From Epiperipatus broadwayi (Eukaryota > Animalia > Onychophora): DNA of 64,000 nt. The notes beneath the pieces were generated by a model. It saw only the letters and a program-made list of their open reading frames with translations. It searched no databases and was not told the origin of the DNA. The position numbers were made by a program, and so were the translations under genes. The stretch lies in the NCBI GenBank assembly GCA_028023455.1, contig JAQFVV010000001.1:9362001-9426000 (forward strand), in the 5' to 3' direction. Positions 1 through 12,200 of this stretch are shown here, piece after piece; position 1 is the first letter of the stretch, and each line of letters begins with the position of its first letter.

Positions 1-628
1 GGATATCATAATAAACATGAGAAGTATATGAATAAGATACAGTATGCAAGTTAAAGATAATCTTTGGTTGTCAAAAAAAAAACCCAAGAATTGGTCAGTG
101 ATCTGTTTGCATTGGAATTGTATAATTTTGTGATATTCTTATGAGAACAAAAGGAGCATAAGTGGGAGGGATGTCAATGTATTACTAGTCTGAAGCATTT
201 TGAATGATTGGAACACTATTTAAAAATTTTTTTTTTAAGTTGAACTTATATTTTTTAAAATAAAAAAAAAAAACTTGTAACATAATATTTGTATATAGTT
301 TAGTTTTTTACTTTAAAATAGTCATATCAATATGGAGGGATAAGTCAATAGATAAAGAAATTAATAATTAATTTGATTTATTTATCTATATAATTAATTG
401 GTTAAAGTTTTAATTTTATTAAATATTGTTAGATAATTAAAATAAATGGATATCAACAATGAGCTAGTGAAATATACACATAATGGTAGATATATATTTG
501 TACTATAGGAAGATGGGATATGTTTGTGTTCTAATATAATATTGACAATGATAAATGGTGATATTTAAAGTTTGATCTTATGTTTAACTATTAATGCTTT
601 AATATAATTGTAATAGAGACATAACTAA

Positions 629-890
629 TTCTAGTTGTATTTTTATATTGGATTATTTTCATCATCTAATATGCATATTGAATGTCTTTAGAAAAAAAAT
701 TAACTTTATTTAAATATTTCAAATACATTCAAGTGTATTTTTGAATGTCTTTAGAAATATTTAAATAAAGTTAAATTTTTACTAACAGTTAAATGTATTT
801 GAAATATTTAAATAAAGTTAAATTTTTCTAAAGACATTCAATACGCATATTAGATGATGGAAATAGTCCAATATAAAAATACAACTAGAA
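629..890. repeat. Foldback / MITE-like inverted repeat with ~100-bp arms
   Basis: 629-729 is the near-perfect reverse complement of 792-890 (TTCTAGTTGTATTTTTATATTGG...AAATACATT vs AATGTATTT...CCAATATAAAAATACAACTAGAA). The spacer holds partial copies of both arms. Confidence 0.85.
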
Positions 891-2669
891 CACCATCATC
901 ACAAACCTTCATAAAAACAGTAACTATTTTTAGTTTATAATTCTTTATAGGCTATTATTTATAAAAAAATGTATGAAACATGTACAAATTGGAAATAGGA
1001 AGTTAATATCTGAGTTGTTTAGATAAAATGATAAGGATTTCTTATTTTAGGATGCACAAAAGAGTGTTGCACTAACATTGAGCTTAGTATCATAAATTAT
1101 AAATGGAAATTAGTTCTGGAGGAGATAGTTTGTCATATGTGAAAATGTATAGTATAAAAGTTTCATTTTTGGTATTTTGTTATAGAGTTTGATAATAAAG
1201 TCATAAAAAAATTGAGTGTGATCTCAGAAAATAAATTAATGATTTCATAAGTATTGTATTAATATCTTCTTAGTGCAAGGTAAAATGAAACATTAAATGA
1301 TGAATATCATAAAATCTAAACACAGATAAATATGTAATATTTCATAATATTACAATGAGATCATTTTAGTTAAGAAATAAAATAATAATTCATATTTTAA
1401 ATCTTATATTTTGCAGCATAATCTATAAGAAGTAATGAGTGTAAATCAAATCCATAAAAAGGGAATGATTATTTAATAAATACATATGATTTTGTTCTAT
1501 AAGAAATAAAATTAAATATAACAACAACACCATCATATTGTATGAGAAGGGAGTTTTTTAATTTTAAATATCTAATTGTAATTAAGAGGATCAGAAATGT
1601 TCAAATCTTTATATATGTTACTGTATTATATTGTTATATAATGTTATTAATATTGTTATTTATTAAGTTACTTAGTAATTTAAAATATTTGTTAAAAGAT
1701 CTTGTAAATAATATTCTTAAAATTAATGTTTAAAAGTTAAACTAAGTATTTAAAGTTGCATTTCCTTTATTTGCATCATCATCACTACACCATCTTTAAA
1801 GAGTCTTAATTGTAATACACTCATTAACAAAAGCATACAGTTTGAGATTTGGATGAGAAATTAATTCACTACAAGAAATTGTATAAAAATTATTTGGGAA
1901 ACATTTCTTAAATGGGATCTTAAATTAATGTAAACTGTCTTGATCACATAAGTCATTGATAAAATATATTGCAATTTTATTAAAGTAAATTTATTCTTAG
2001 GAAATCAGAGTATAAATTAGTTATTATTTGGATTTATAAATTATGATTACGAGTTGAATAATAATTAGTTATTATTAAATATTAGAGAATATAAATATAA
2101 AGTAGGAGTATAATTTTAATTATAAATTAAGGTTATGGGTCTTTTATTAATTAAGACATTACCTATAGAATTAAGTAAATCCCTCTTGATCTCTTATAGA
2201 TGGAATAAATAGTTAATTAAAAATCAATGATAATCCTAAGATCTCCTTAGTATAATAATATTATTATGGCTAATCTTAAGTATATTTCTATAAAAGTAAT
2301 AATAATAAAAGATCAATATACAATAAAATGATAATATAACGTATTAATTAGGTTAACATAAGTTTAATAATTATAGATGTTTTATTATATTTATTTAAGT
2401 ATTATTGTTAGTCATGGGAATATTTAGATACTTAATAAGGAGGAGTGTCTTATTGTTCTTATGCCATTGAACAAATACTTCGGTATTTGTTTAATGTTAA
2501 AGAGTATGTAATCTTCTCAATAGGGTAAGTGGGTCTCGTAATTTCCTAATATTAATTAAACATAATTTAGAAATAATTAAGAGTATCAAATTGTATCTAG
2601 AGAAGGTAATACTATAGCCTCATTTAGAGATTTATCATAGTTTCTAGTGGTCAGCATCCTATTGGCAGG

Positions 2670-2710
<41 letters not shown>

Positions 2711-2739
2711 CCTATTGGCAGGATTATATATATATATTC

Positions 2740-2899
2740 TTTCTCCTGAACTGAATATAATCAATTTAATAGACAACTACATAAATGAATTAAAAATTTA
2801 TTTCCATCAAATCGACTTTCGTTCAAAATTGATGGAAATGAATTTTTAATTTAATTATGTAGTTGTCTATTAAATTGATTATATTCAGTTCAGAAGAAA
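2740..2899. repeat. Palindromic MITE-like element, ~70-bp arms, 18-bp spacer
   Basis: 2741-2810 pairs with 2829-2898 (CTGAACTGAATATAATCAATTTAATAGACAACTACATA / TATGTAGTTGTCTATTAAATTGATTATATTCAGTTCAG) with only a few mismatches. It sits beside a (TA)n tract. Confidence 0.85.
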
Positions 2900-4838
2900 T
2901 TATATAAGAAAGGCAATGTAATGGTTTTAAAAGAAATACCATCAAGTGATATACATATACATTTAAGAGTCTGTGTTTTGTAGTAATTGTAGTTAGGAGC
3001 TAAAAAAACTGAATTTGAAAGCTCGTTAATGTTAATGTTAAAACAATTTAATATGAATGTTTATCCAATAAAAATGATGGAAATGTAAATGCTAAAATAG
3101 AATCACTAAATCAAGGCATGTTAATTTCCTAAAACAGAATGTTACAACAAGCTCCATTGGATGAAATAGCTACCATATGTATGAGACTTTTCAGAGCATT
3201 TCAACTCTGAATAAAGTATCAAATATCTTTATTACATTTTCTAAGCTAATTTGTGATCAGTTTTTACTCCAATTTGGCATTTTTACTATTTTTTAAATAC
3301 TTTTTGTTTGCTATAAATCTCAGAAGTACTTTTAAAAATTAATCAGTATTGAAGTAAACAAAAAAAGGACCATTGTTAAAAGTATAAGCTGCAAAATGGT
3401 TTTATTTGGCAAAAAAAATGATTTTCAATTTGCACAGTTTATAATGTAACATTATGAGAAGTTAACTTTAAAGAGACAATTATTTGTGAAAATATTAAGG
3501 AATTATTTGAATACATTTTTTGATATTTCATTTAGTATAAATGACTTTTCTAAAAAGGATTTTTTTTCCAACAACATATAGTTCACTGAATTTAAACAAA
3601 AACCTAACATTATAAGGCATTATAAAATTTCAAGCATATATGGACTTTCATTAAACATTATCTTATAAGAAATTAGAGGTCCTGAAATCAACAATCTGTG
3701 AATTATTATTGGGATATATAAGTATACATTTTAATTTTGTGCTTTTAAAATTGAATTTTATTTTGTAATTGTACAGTATGAATAGCACTTCATTTTATAT
3801 TATTTTATATTCACATACTTGATTTCTCATATATAAATGTTTGTTTTGGATGGTAACTTTAATATAACAATGGTCTTGGAACATATTAATAGTTCAATGT
3901 AAACTACACTGAAGAAAAGAAAAGACAAACGATATTCTGGAACCTAATTAATTTATTGTGAAGATTTAAATGAGATATTTCCTTTTGAATTTTTTTATAA
4001 ATGCTATAAATTATTCATTTATTTATATATGATGTATATTGAATATAAGACTTAATTCTAGCTTTTATAAATGTATATATGAATATATTGTAACAGTAAA
4101 ACTTATTGCAAGTAGAATTATTTTATTCTTTGTATCACAAAGCTGCATTGTTACGAAATTATTAAAGACAACTTAATAAAATAATATAATAAATTGATTT
4201 GTAAATCTTATAGTTCTCCATATGTGTGTGCACTAAATGTATTAGATGTATATACATATAGCATGTAATTATATTGATATTTTTTTTAAAAAAAAGTGAT
4301 TTATATTTTTAATACATCCATGAAACATTAAATGCATTATATATAATTAAAAATAGTAAAATTATAACCCAGGAAGTGAAAGAGAGGAAGAAGAAAATAA
4401 TTAATTTATTTAAGTTTTATATATGTAAATAAAATGCATAGTTTTTTTGTCAAGAAAAAAATTTACCACATATTATGATCTTTCAGATTTGCCTTATAGA
4501 AGAGCCTTAAAGAAACAAGTTGCATTTTTCTTATAGTAAATTTGAGGGTAAATCCAAATATTTTATTAAAAATTATAAAGCATTAAAACTAAACAGGCAA
4601 TGTCATATTCCATGTGTTTTCTACCCTCATCTCTGGATAAGACTGCATAATTTCACGTATTTTGTTTCTATTTTTATTCTCTGATTTTAAGAAAAAAAAT
4701 CTAAAATTTATTTTCATCAGTTTATTGTTTTAATTTTAGTCACAATTAGTTATTCTTAATTATTATAGCTAATGTTAAATATTTTCTTATAGGTAATAAG
4801 TAAAAATAGGCTTTCTGTAACTGCAAAATTAATGTGTG

Positions 4839-4848
4839 AGATATGTCA

Positions 4849-4884
<36 letters not shown>

Positions 4885-4902
4885 TGACATATCTAACTGG
4901 TG

Positions 4903-4940
<38 letters not shown>

Positions 4941-4949
4941 CACCAGTTA
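4839..4949. repeat. Two abutting perfect palindromes centred on (TA)n
   Basis: AGATATGTCATGAA-(TA)n-TTCATGACATATCT is followed directly by AACTGGTGAATAA-(TA)n-TTATTCACCAGTT. Confidence 0.9.
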
Positions 4950-5454
4950 ATTTGTTTCATCAGTGCTTAATACTTTTGTTCATGAAATAAATATTATCAC
5001 GTATAATCTATATATGACTGTCTGAAATTTTTTTGTGCTTCTTTGCATATAGATAAAAGAATATATAATAAAACATAGTACAGTAGTTTCTCAGTAGGCT
5101 GACTAGTACTGGAATTCCTTGAAACACTAATTCATTATAATCATGTCAATGATAAAAATCAATCAACTGGATTATTGGCCTTTTTAGGATAATGTTTGAT
5201 AACCTTCAGGCATTCATGCATATAAATCACAAATCACAAAAAGCTGACTTTTACTTTCATGTAAGTATAACTCAACTTATGTGAAACTAGTAGCAAATGG
5301 CTTTTATCCTCTCCATATTTACATTTTTTTATAACTTAATAATGTAATCTGAAATCAATCTATTTAAATCTATTTGAAGTCTACTAAAAATTGAAAGCAA
5401 ATTAATAAACCATATTTATATACTAAAAAATAAACAGAAAATTATGTTGTGTGT

Positions 5455-6948
5455 TTAGATTTACATTAATTAAAATCAATTAGTTCAACATTTTATATCT
5501 CTAACTCAAATGGATTATAGAATTAATTACAATCAAAGTACATTATAAAGAAAAAGTGATCTGTTTTCAGAAACATTTCATATTTATTAAAACTAATCAG
5601 CATTAATTAAGAAAAAGTTTTTTTTTTACTTAATACAAGTAAAAATAGATAATAGAATTTTATAATTAATATCTATTACAAAATAAAAACAAGCTTGTTT
5701 TAGATTTTTTATTTCAAAATCACAATTAAATAAAACATTAAATAAACCTTTTTTATGTTTGATTTAAAATAATTTTAATAGTTTTAAATATCAAATTTAT
5801 TATTTAACCATTAGTCTATTACTTCAGAATATATATTTTAAATAAAATATGTGCAATAAATCTTGTTTGTGTTTATTTATACTTTACCTTTCAAACTTTA
5901 TACATATAAACACACACAATACTATGTTGTGTGCCATGAGACATTTCTGTTTACTATTACATATCTTAGGGAAAAAAGACAATTGAAACATATCTTCTAA
6001 CATTTTATATGATACAAACAAATGATTAAAACAAAATCCATAATCAAACCATTTATTCCATTATTTCTAGAGAATTCACTGGCATCTGACAGCTAACCAA
6101 ATGAATACCTTAGAATCCTGAGATTCAGCCTCTATAGTTTGACTAACTTCAGGCAGGCAATCATTCTAGTACATACATATGGACTATGAATCTCAGAAAA
6201 GCTTTTTTTATTTCCATATGAGTACATAATTAATTGATGTAAAACTAGTAGGATCTGCATCATCTCTATATCAGCATTTCCATTATAATTTAATGTAGTT
6301 TAACATTAATCTATTTAAACTCTTCTATTTAGGGTATACAAAAGAATCTGAAGACAGGGTAATTAAGAATTTTTCCATTCTGATAAATAAAAAAAAACAG
6401 GCAATAATTTAATGATACTGTTCTGTTTTTTGATTCACATTAATTAAAACCAATTAGTTATTTTTTTTAACTAAAATAAATTGTCAAATTAACTACAATG
6501 AAAGTACATTATATATAAAAAAAATCTGTTTCCAAAAATATTTTATATTTATCAAAACTAACCAGCTTTAATTAAGAAAAAATATTTTATTTAATCTAAG
6601 TAAAAGTAGATAATATAATTTTCTAATTAATATCTATCACAAAATGAATTATTTTAAATATTTTAAAATCAAAATCAGAATTAAAGAACTGTTTGATTTT
6701 AAATAATTTATAATACATATAAATATCAAATTAATATTTAAATATTAATCTGTTATTCCAATGTATATATATATTTGAAATAAAATATTTACAATATTTA
6801 AATATTAATCTGTTATTCCAATGTATATATATATTTGAAATAAAATATTTACAATAAATTTTGTTTATGGTCAGTTCTACGTTTCATTTCAAACTTTATA
6901 CAAATATGCACAAACACACTATTTTATGTTGTGAAACGTAAGACATTT
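5455..6948 (+). repeat. Two diverged direct copies of a ~500-bp AT-rich element (~5455-5947 and ~6428-6948); the second has an internal 60-bp tandem duplication (6733-6856)
   Basis: Shared collinear blocks include ACATTAATTAAAA.CAATTAGTT, AAAGTACATTATA, AATTAATATCTAT.ACAAAAT, TTTCAAACTTTATACA and AGACATTT. A perfect 60-bp period is visible at 6733-6856. Confidence 0.75.
6109..6165 (-). CDS. Possible small coding exon (NDCLPEVSQTIEAESQDSK), product unknown
   Basis: 57 nt open frame between AG and GT, phase-compatible with the 7671-7784 exon. The acceptor is weak. Confidence 0.3.
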
Positions 6949-7670
6949 TAATACATAGGAGGCAATAAATAGAGATATAAATCTGCTTTTTCTTTTTAAT
7001 TTTTTTCTAATAGATGATTCATTGTTTTTGAATATATGATCTCTTTTATGAGAAGTTTTATTTCCCTTTCACAAATGAATATAAATTTTACATTATTGCT
7101 TAAGAAAGGTACTTTATGAATTCATTTACATTTTGTAAAGATGCCAATTTTATGCTTAAAGAACGTTTTATCAAATGGAATATTATGCGATATTAATAGA
7201 AAAAAACTGTTTAAGTTTTCATCTTGTTTAAGTCATAAAAAATGAACTTATTAAATGACTTCAAGTAAGGCATTAATATCACATACATCTTTTGAGAACA
7301 TTAGATTTACTAGAAAAATAACTGCAGCAAGATAGTTTTAAGTGATACATCTTATAATGTTTATATTTATTGCTTCTATTTTTGGTTTATTTATATTGTT
7401 CTATTTACATTTGGATAGCAGCATAAAATTGAAGTAATGTATGTTAATACATCAAATATCATATATCAACTGTATAGGAAATTTCTGTCAGAGTACAAAT
7501 TTCTTATGGCAGAGCTGAATACAAATTTATAAAAAATATTATAATTTGAAATGCTATAATATTTTTAATGATAAGTTTAAAACACAAATATACATAGAGG
7601 AGATCTGTTTTTTATATTCATGTCCTGAATTTCAAATCTTGGGCAGATAAAATTTGTAAGTAACACTCAC

Positions 7671-7784
7671 CAATAAAGATCCGGCCATTTTCAAATCTAC
7701 ACTAATTTGGAAATAGCTTTGGGTACCTTTTGGGCAAGCAGCCAATGTTCGTAGCCATTTATCTATTGGTTGGTAAATTGGTAT
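7671..7784 (-). CDS. Candidate internal coding exon (IPIYQPIDKWLRTLAACPKGTQSYFQISVDLKMAGSLL), product unknown
   Basis: 114 nt, open in phase 0. It has a strong acceptor (CTAATTTGTCTTTTGACAG, with a branch-like CTAAT), a canonical donor (GTGAGT) and higher GC than the flanks. Confidence 0.6.
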
Positions 7785-10700
7785 CTGTCAAAAGACAAAT
7801 TAGAAGTGTTAACTGCTAAAACATTCTTTATTTTTCAGGTGAAAAGCCTTGATGCATTTTTATATTTTTAGCAGACCTGTACTGGCTATATATAATTATT
7901 ATTTTTAAAGTAATAATCTTCAAATTCACACACTATAAAAATTCCTTACAAGTCAGACTTTCTAGAAGCCATAGTATATATGTGTACATCAAAGTTTAAT
8001 TTTTTTTCAGCACACAAACAAACAAAAAATCTTTATGTAAACTGTATCAGAAGGTGAGCAATTTTGAAAGTAATTATAATCATTATTATGGTGAAACATG
8101 AAGCTCAAAATTGCTCCCCAATAATGTGACAGTTCTTTTTTTAAAGGCAATAATGACTAGGTTTTAATGTAGACATATAATGTAATTTTACAAGATTAAA
8201 AATAGACTTGTTGAATTTTAAATTAAACAATGAAAAGAAAGAAAACAGGAAAAAATAAAATTATAATTTATTAGCAGGAATAATGATGCAATTCCAAAGT
8301 TAAATAAAGCGTCCAAATATTTCTTAATAAATGGATTGTTTTGAGTGTATATATACATAGAATAGGAACATTCTGTAAGTAAAATAGAGGAAATAATCAA
8401 ATGATTTAAACTATTTATTTCATCATTAACCTGTTAACATAATAAATATAGAGGAAATTCTATATTAATATGTAATGTTAAACCATGTTGATGATGACCG
8501 TGGACCGCCCTGGATTCCCACCTTTTTATCTACTATATTATTTATAGATCTAAAGTTCATAAATCCAAGTTTGTTCATCAATCACCTAAAAAGTTGTGGA
8601 TATTATTTTAATTATATTATGCAAATAATGAAATGTTTTAATGCACTATAAATATTTATTGCTCATATATAAATATATTACAAAATAAAAATATTGATCA
8701 AAAAAGATAAACATAGATTTTATATAAAACAGTTTGTTTAAACATATTATCAATAAAACATGAATAAATATATAAAAACTATTAGTAATAGAATTCGACA
8801 TGGATTGCCAATTTTCCCAATGAATCAACTCTCTTCATTACTTATATTTTATGTGGCGAAAGACTGACTTTGAATATTATATATTGTTAATCCTGTCGTA
8901 TGTATATTCCTTAAATGTATTTAATACCGGTATTACTTTTACTTGGAACATCCTTTTGGAATAACAACAAATAAAATTCCCCCCATTTACCATTGTTACT
9001 TTAAAAGAAAAAAAAAATATTATTGTAAACAAAATATTATTAAATAATATTTTAAGTTACCGTGAGGCGGGTGGGAGTGACATATTCATATGATTAAAAA
9101 ATGTTAATTTATATATTTAAATATAATATTAAAAACAATTTAAATTTTATTCATTTTATTATAACTCACGATTAAAAAAAAATTTTAATTTCATCTACTG
9201 TTGATTATTTTTAATAAAGTAAATCAGCATTCACGTTAATATTGCTAAATTGTCAAAAATGTATTGATATGTTGAAGAGGAATAATAATACACTTAATAT
9301 AATTGCATGCTACAATATAAATATATGTGAATATTATCACTTAATATTTCTTATAATTAATAGATAAGTTATTATTATCTATGATAAGAAAATGTTTATG
9401 ACATGATCTATTACCATATGAATTATATGCTATTTGAATATTTATTAAAAGAGAAAATAAATATACTCCCCAACAGATTGGTTTTTTCCACTATATGGGA
9501 TTAATTCATTTTACCTAATAAATACAAAGTAGAATTTTATATTTCTAATTAATACCTATACATTATGATGACTTTATTCTCCACACATAAAAAAATGTTT
9601 ATCTATAAATAACAATATATGGGTTAGCCATGTTGCACTTGGTGTATTAACCAGTTAAATAAATAAACATCTACCTTATCGAACCTCTGCACAATTGAAC
9701 ATTGGAAAATAACAAAAAAATATAAGCAGTGTTTGCTTAGTACTCATCATGATATCTTAAATCGTTTGCATATGAAATAAATAATGTTTCTAATATTATA
9801 AATTACAAATACTATTATCATATACATACATGCGTATATGTGGATTAACATGTAAACTAATATATATATATATTATAAGATGCTAATTTATAAATAATTG
9901 CTTAATAAAATATAATAATTTATACCGAATATTATTAATTACAATACATTTATTTTGAATCTCTTATTTAGTTGAATAAAGTTTGTAATCAAAGGATAAA
10001 CAAAATTAAAATCAAATTTATATCAGGTTGTGTTTCTTAATTTAAGCCGTTTACAATTTTAAAATAAATAAAATGGCTAAAGAAAACAATTCCTTTACAG
10101 TTTTAATCAAAATTTTGTTTCAATTATTATGATCTAAAATTGATCAAAAACTAAATTTATCAGCTCTGTTTTTTTTTTTGTTGTTGCTGTTGTTTTTCAA
10201 AATATTTCCTTATAACTTATTCAGTTAAACAAAACTATTATTAAACTAATAATAACAACAATAATACTAATAAATAAAAAATATTAAAAGTAGAAAGTAA
10301 CCTAAAGAGTTATAATTAGCAGACAATTGTTTCCTTACATTTAAAATGTTAGTATTAGACAATACCAGTTTTATTTATACTAGAGTTTTTTTGAAAACTT
10401 GAAAATTATAGTTTCTCTGTGTATAATGTTCTTAAAATCCAACATCAATTATTAATTCTGTTTTTTTTTTTTTTGAAGATTGAAAAATTATCAGTTTCAG
10501 TTACCATAAATTATTGAAGCAAGTTCTTTGAATCTAGTGGACTTATATGTTTGTGACAGAAAGAACACTTGACTTTATCTTTTGATAATTGGAAAATTGA
10601 TACTTTCAGTTTTCATTTTATTTTATAAAAATACAAATGATACTTGTAAATTTTAAATATTTTTATAATAAAGGAATTTATATAACCATAGTGAAATAAT

Positions 10701-11149
10701 TTGTTCTTTGTTAAGTTTGAAATAGAGAGATAAAAATGTTGTTCTCTTATGATATTTAATCTCTATAATAATAAAAATCAATAATACTTTTTTCTCTCTG
10801 AAAAAGTTTATGAAACATAATATAAAATTTTATATTTCAAATATATAATTTTCATATTTATTTAATTTTTAAAAATATTAATTATTACATATGAAACTTA
10901 GATTAATAATAGTCATTTGTTATATACTATGTATTACTTTTTTTTTTTAAATTTGTGGAGATTTTTTGCATCCTATCACATCCTGTATTCCATTGATTTC
11001 CAAGAAATAAATTTTTTAGATCCTAAATTCTTTTTTTCTCTGAATTCTATGTCATTATTTCAACTCATCTCAAAATATAATAAGACATAACTGTGACTTT
11101 TTTAACATAAATTAACTATATTAGTAGTTACTATTTACAGGAAGTCATG

Positions 11150-12200
11150 AAGTATCAAATCATGCAAGAGAATTTTGAATAAAAGAGTGTGAAATCTATA
11201 TACAATTCTTCAAATGACAGGCCACCAGACTGTGAATATTGTCTAGATATGGGATCACTGCAAGTCAAATAATAATGATAATAAGGCACAACTTATCTTT
11301 CAGGATTGAGCAAATGGTTATTAGCACTAACAAAAAGACTACTGATGAGGTTGTAGATTTTTTGAATGCTGTTGATATGAGTTACCACAATTATAGTGAG
11401 GAAGTTCCCTATAAAATGATAATGTTTCCACTGGAGGTATCAAGATTAATTATAAATCAAGATATCAACCTTATAAAAGTCAGCATAGAAATAGAAATAA
11501 TTATGAAACTAAGAGAACTGGAGTAAAAGAGTGAGACCATTCCCAAGGAGTCAATCTGGATCATGATCAGAAGTTCCTATGAATCAATCACCACTTTTAT
11601 ATACCATTCAAGGTGCAAGTAAAACACCTACAAAAATGGAAAACAGATAGAAAGATGTGGACCCAGACAGAAAAGAAATAGAATTTCATGTCAGCATAAG
11701 ACAATTAACAATATTCAAAATGAAAGAAAAACAGAAGTGAAATATAACAGGCTATCAATTCCATCTCCACTTAAGGCCTATTTTGGAAGATCTGAAAACT
11801 GATATTAAAAAAATGAAGGGTGGTTTGCTCCCTGGTGACTTTAGATTTAGTAAATAATTAATGATTTTGGATAAAAAATATAATGGTATTTTTTGATAAA
11901 GGAATATCTTCCATTTTAAAAATTTATTTGACAAAAATGTCAAGAAATAACTATGCAAATAAAAATAGATGGTATTGTGAGTAAAAAAGAGAAATGGAAT
12001 ATTTCACAATCCTTAGTGTTTCTTCTTGATGAGAGGCAATATGTAACAATTATATTGGCAATATCAAAGTTATATCATTATATTTTTTGGAAAATAACAT
12101 ATACCCATTTAGTTAACTTTTCCTTTGTTAAAAATAAGAGACTTCAAATTCATTATGGAGATGACTCCCCAAAAAATGTTATAAATATAGTTAAAGTTTG
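11150..12200 (+). pseudogene. Possible decayed Ty3/gypsy gag(-protease) remnant
   Basis: The frame YIQFFK*QATRL*ILSRYGITASQIIMIIRHNLSFRIEQMV...TTDEVVDFLNAVD resembles retrotransposon gag helices and is followed by basic, A-rich coding-like sequence. No LTR or catalytic motif was seen. Confidence 0.35.
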
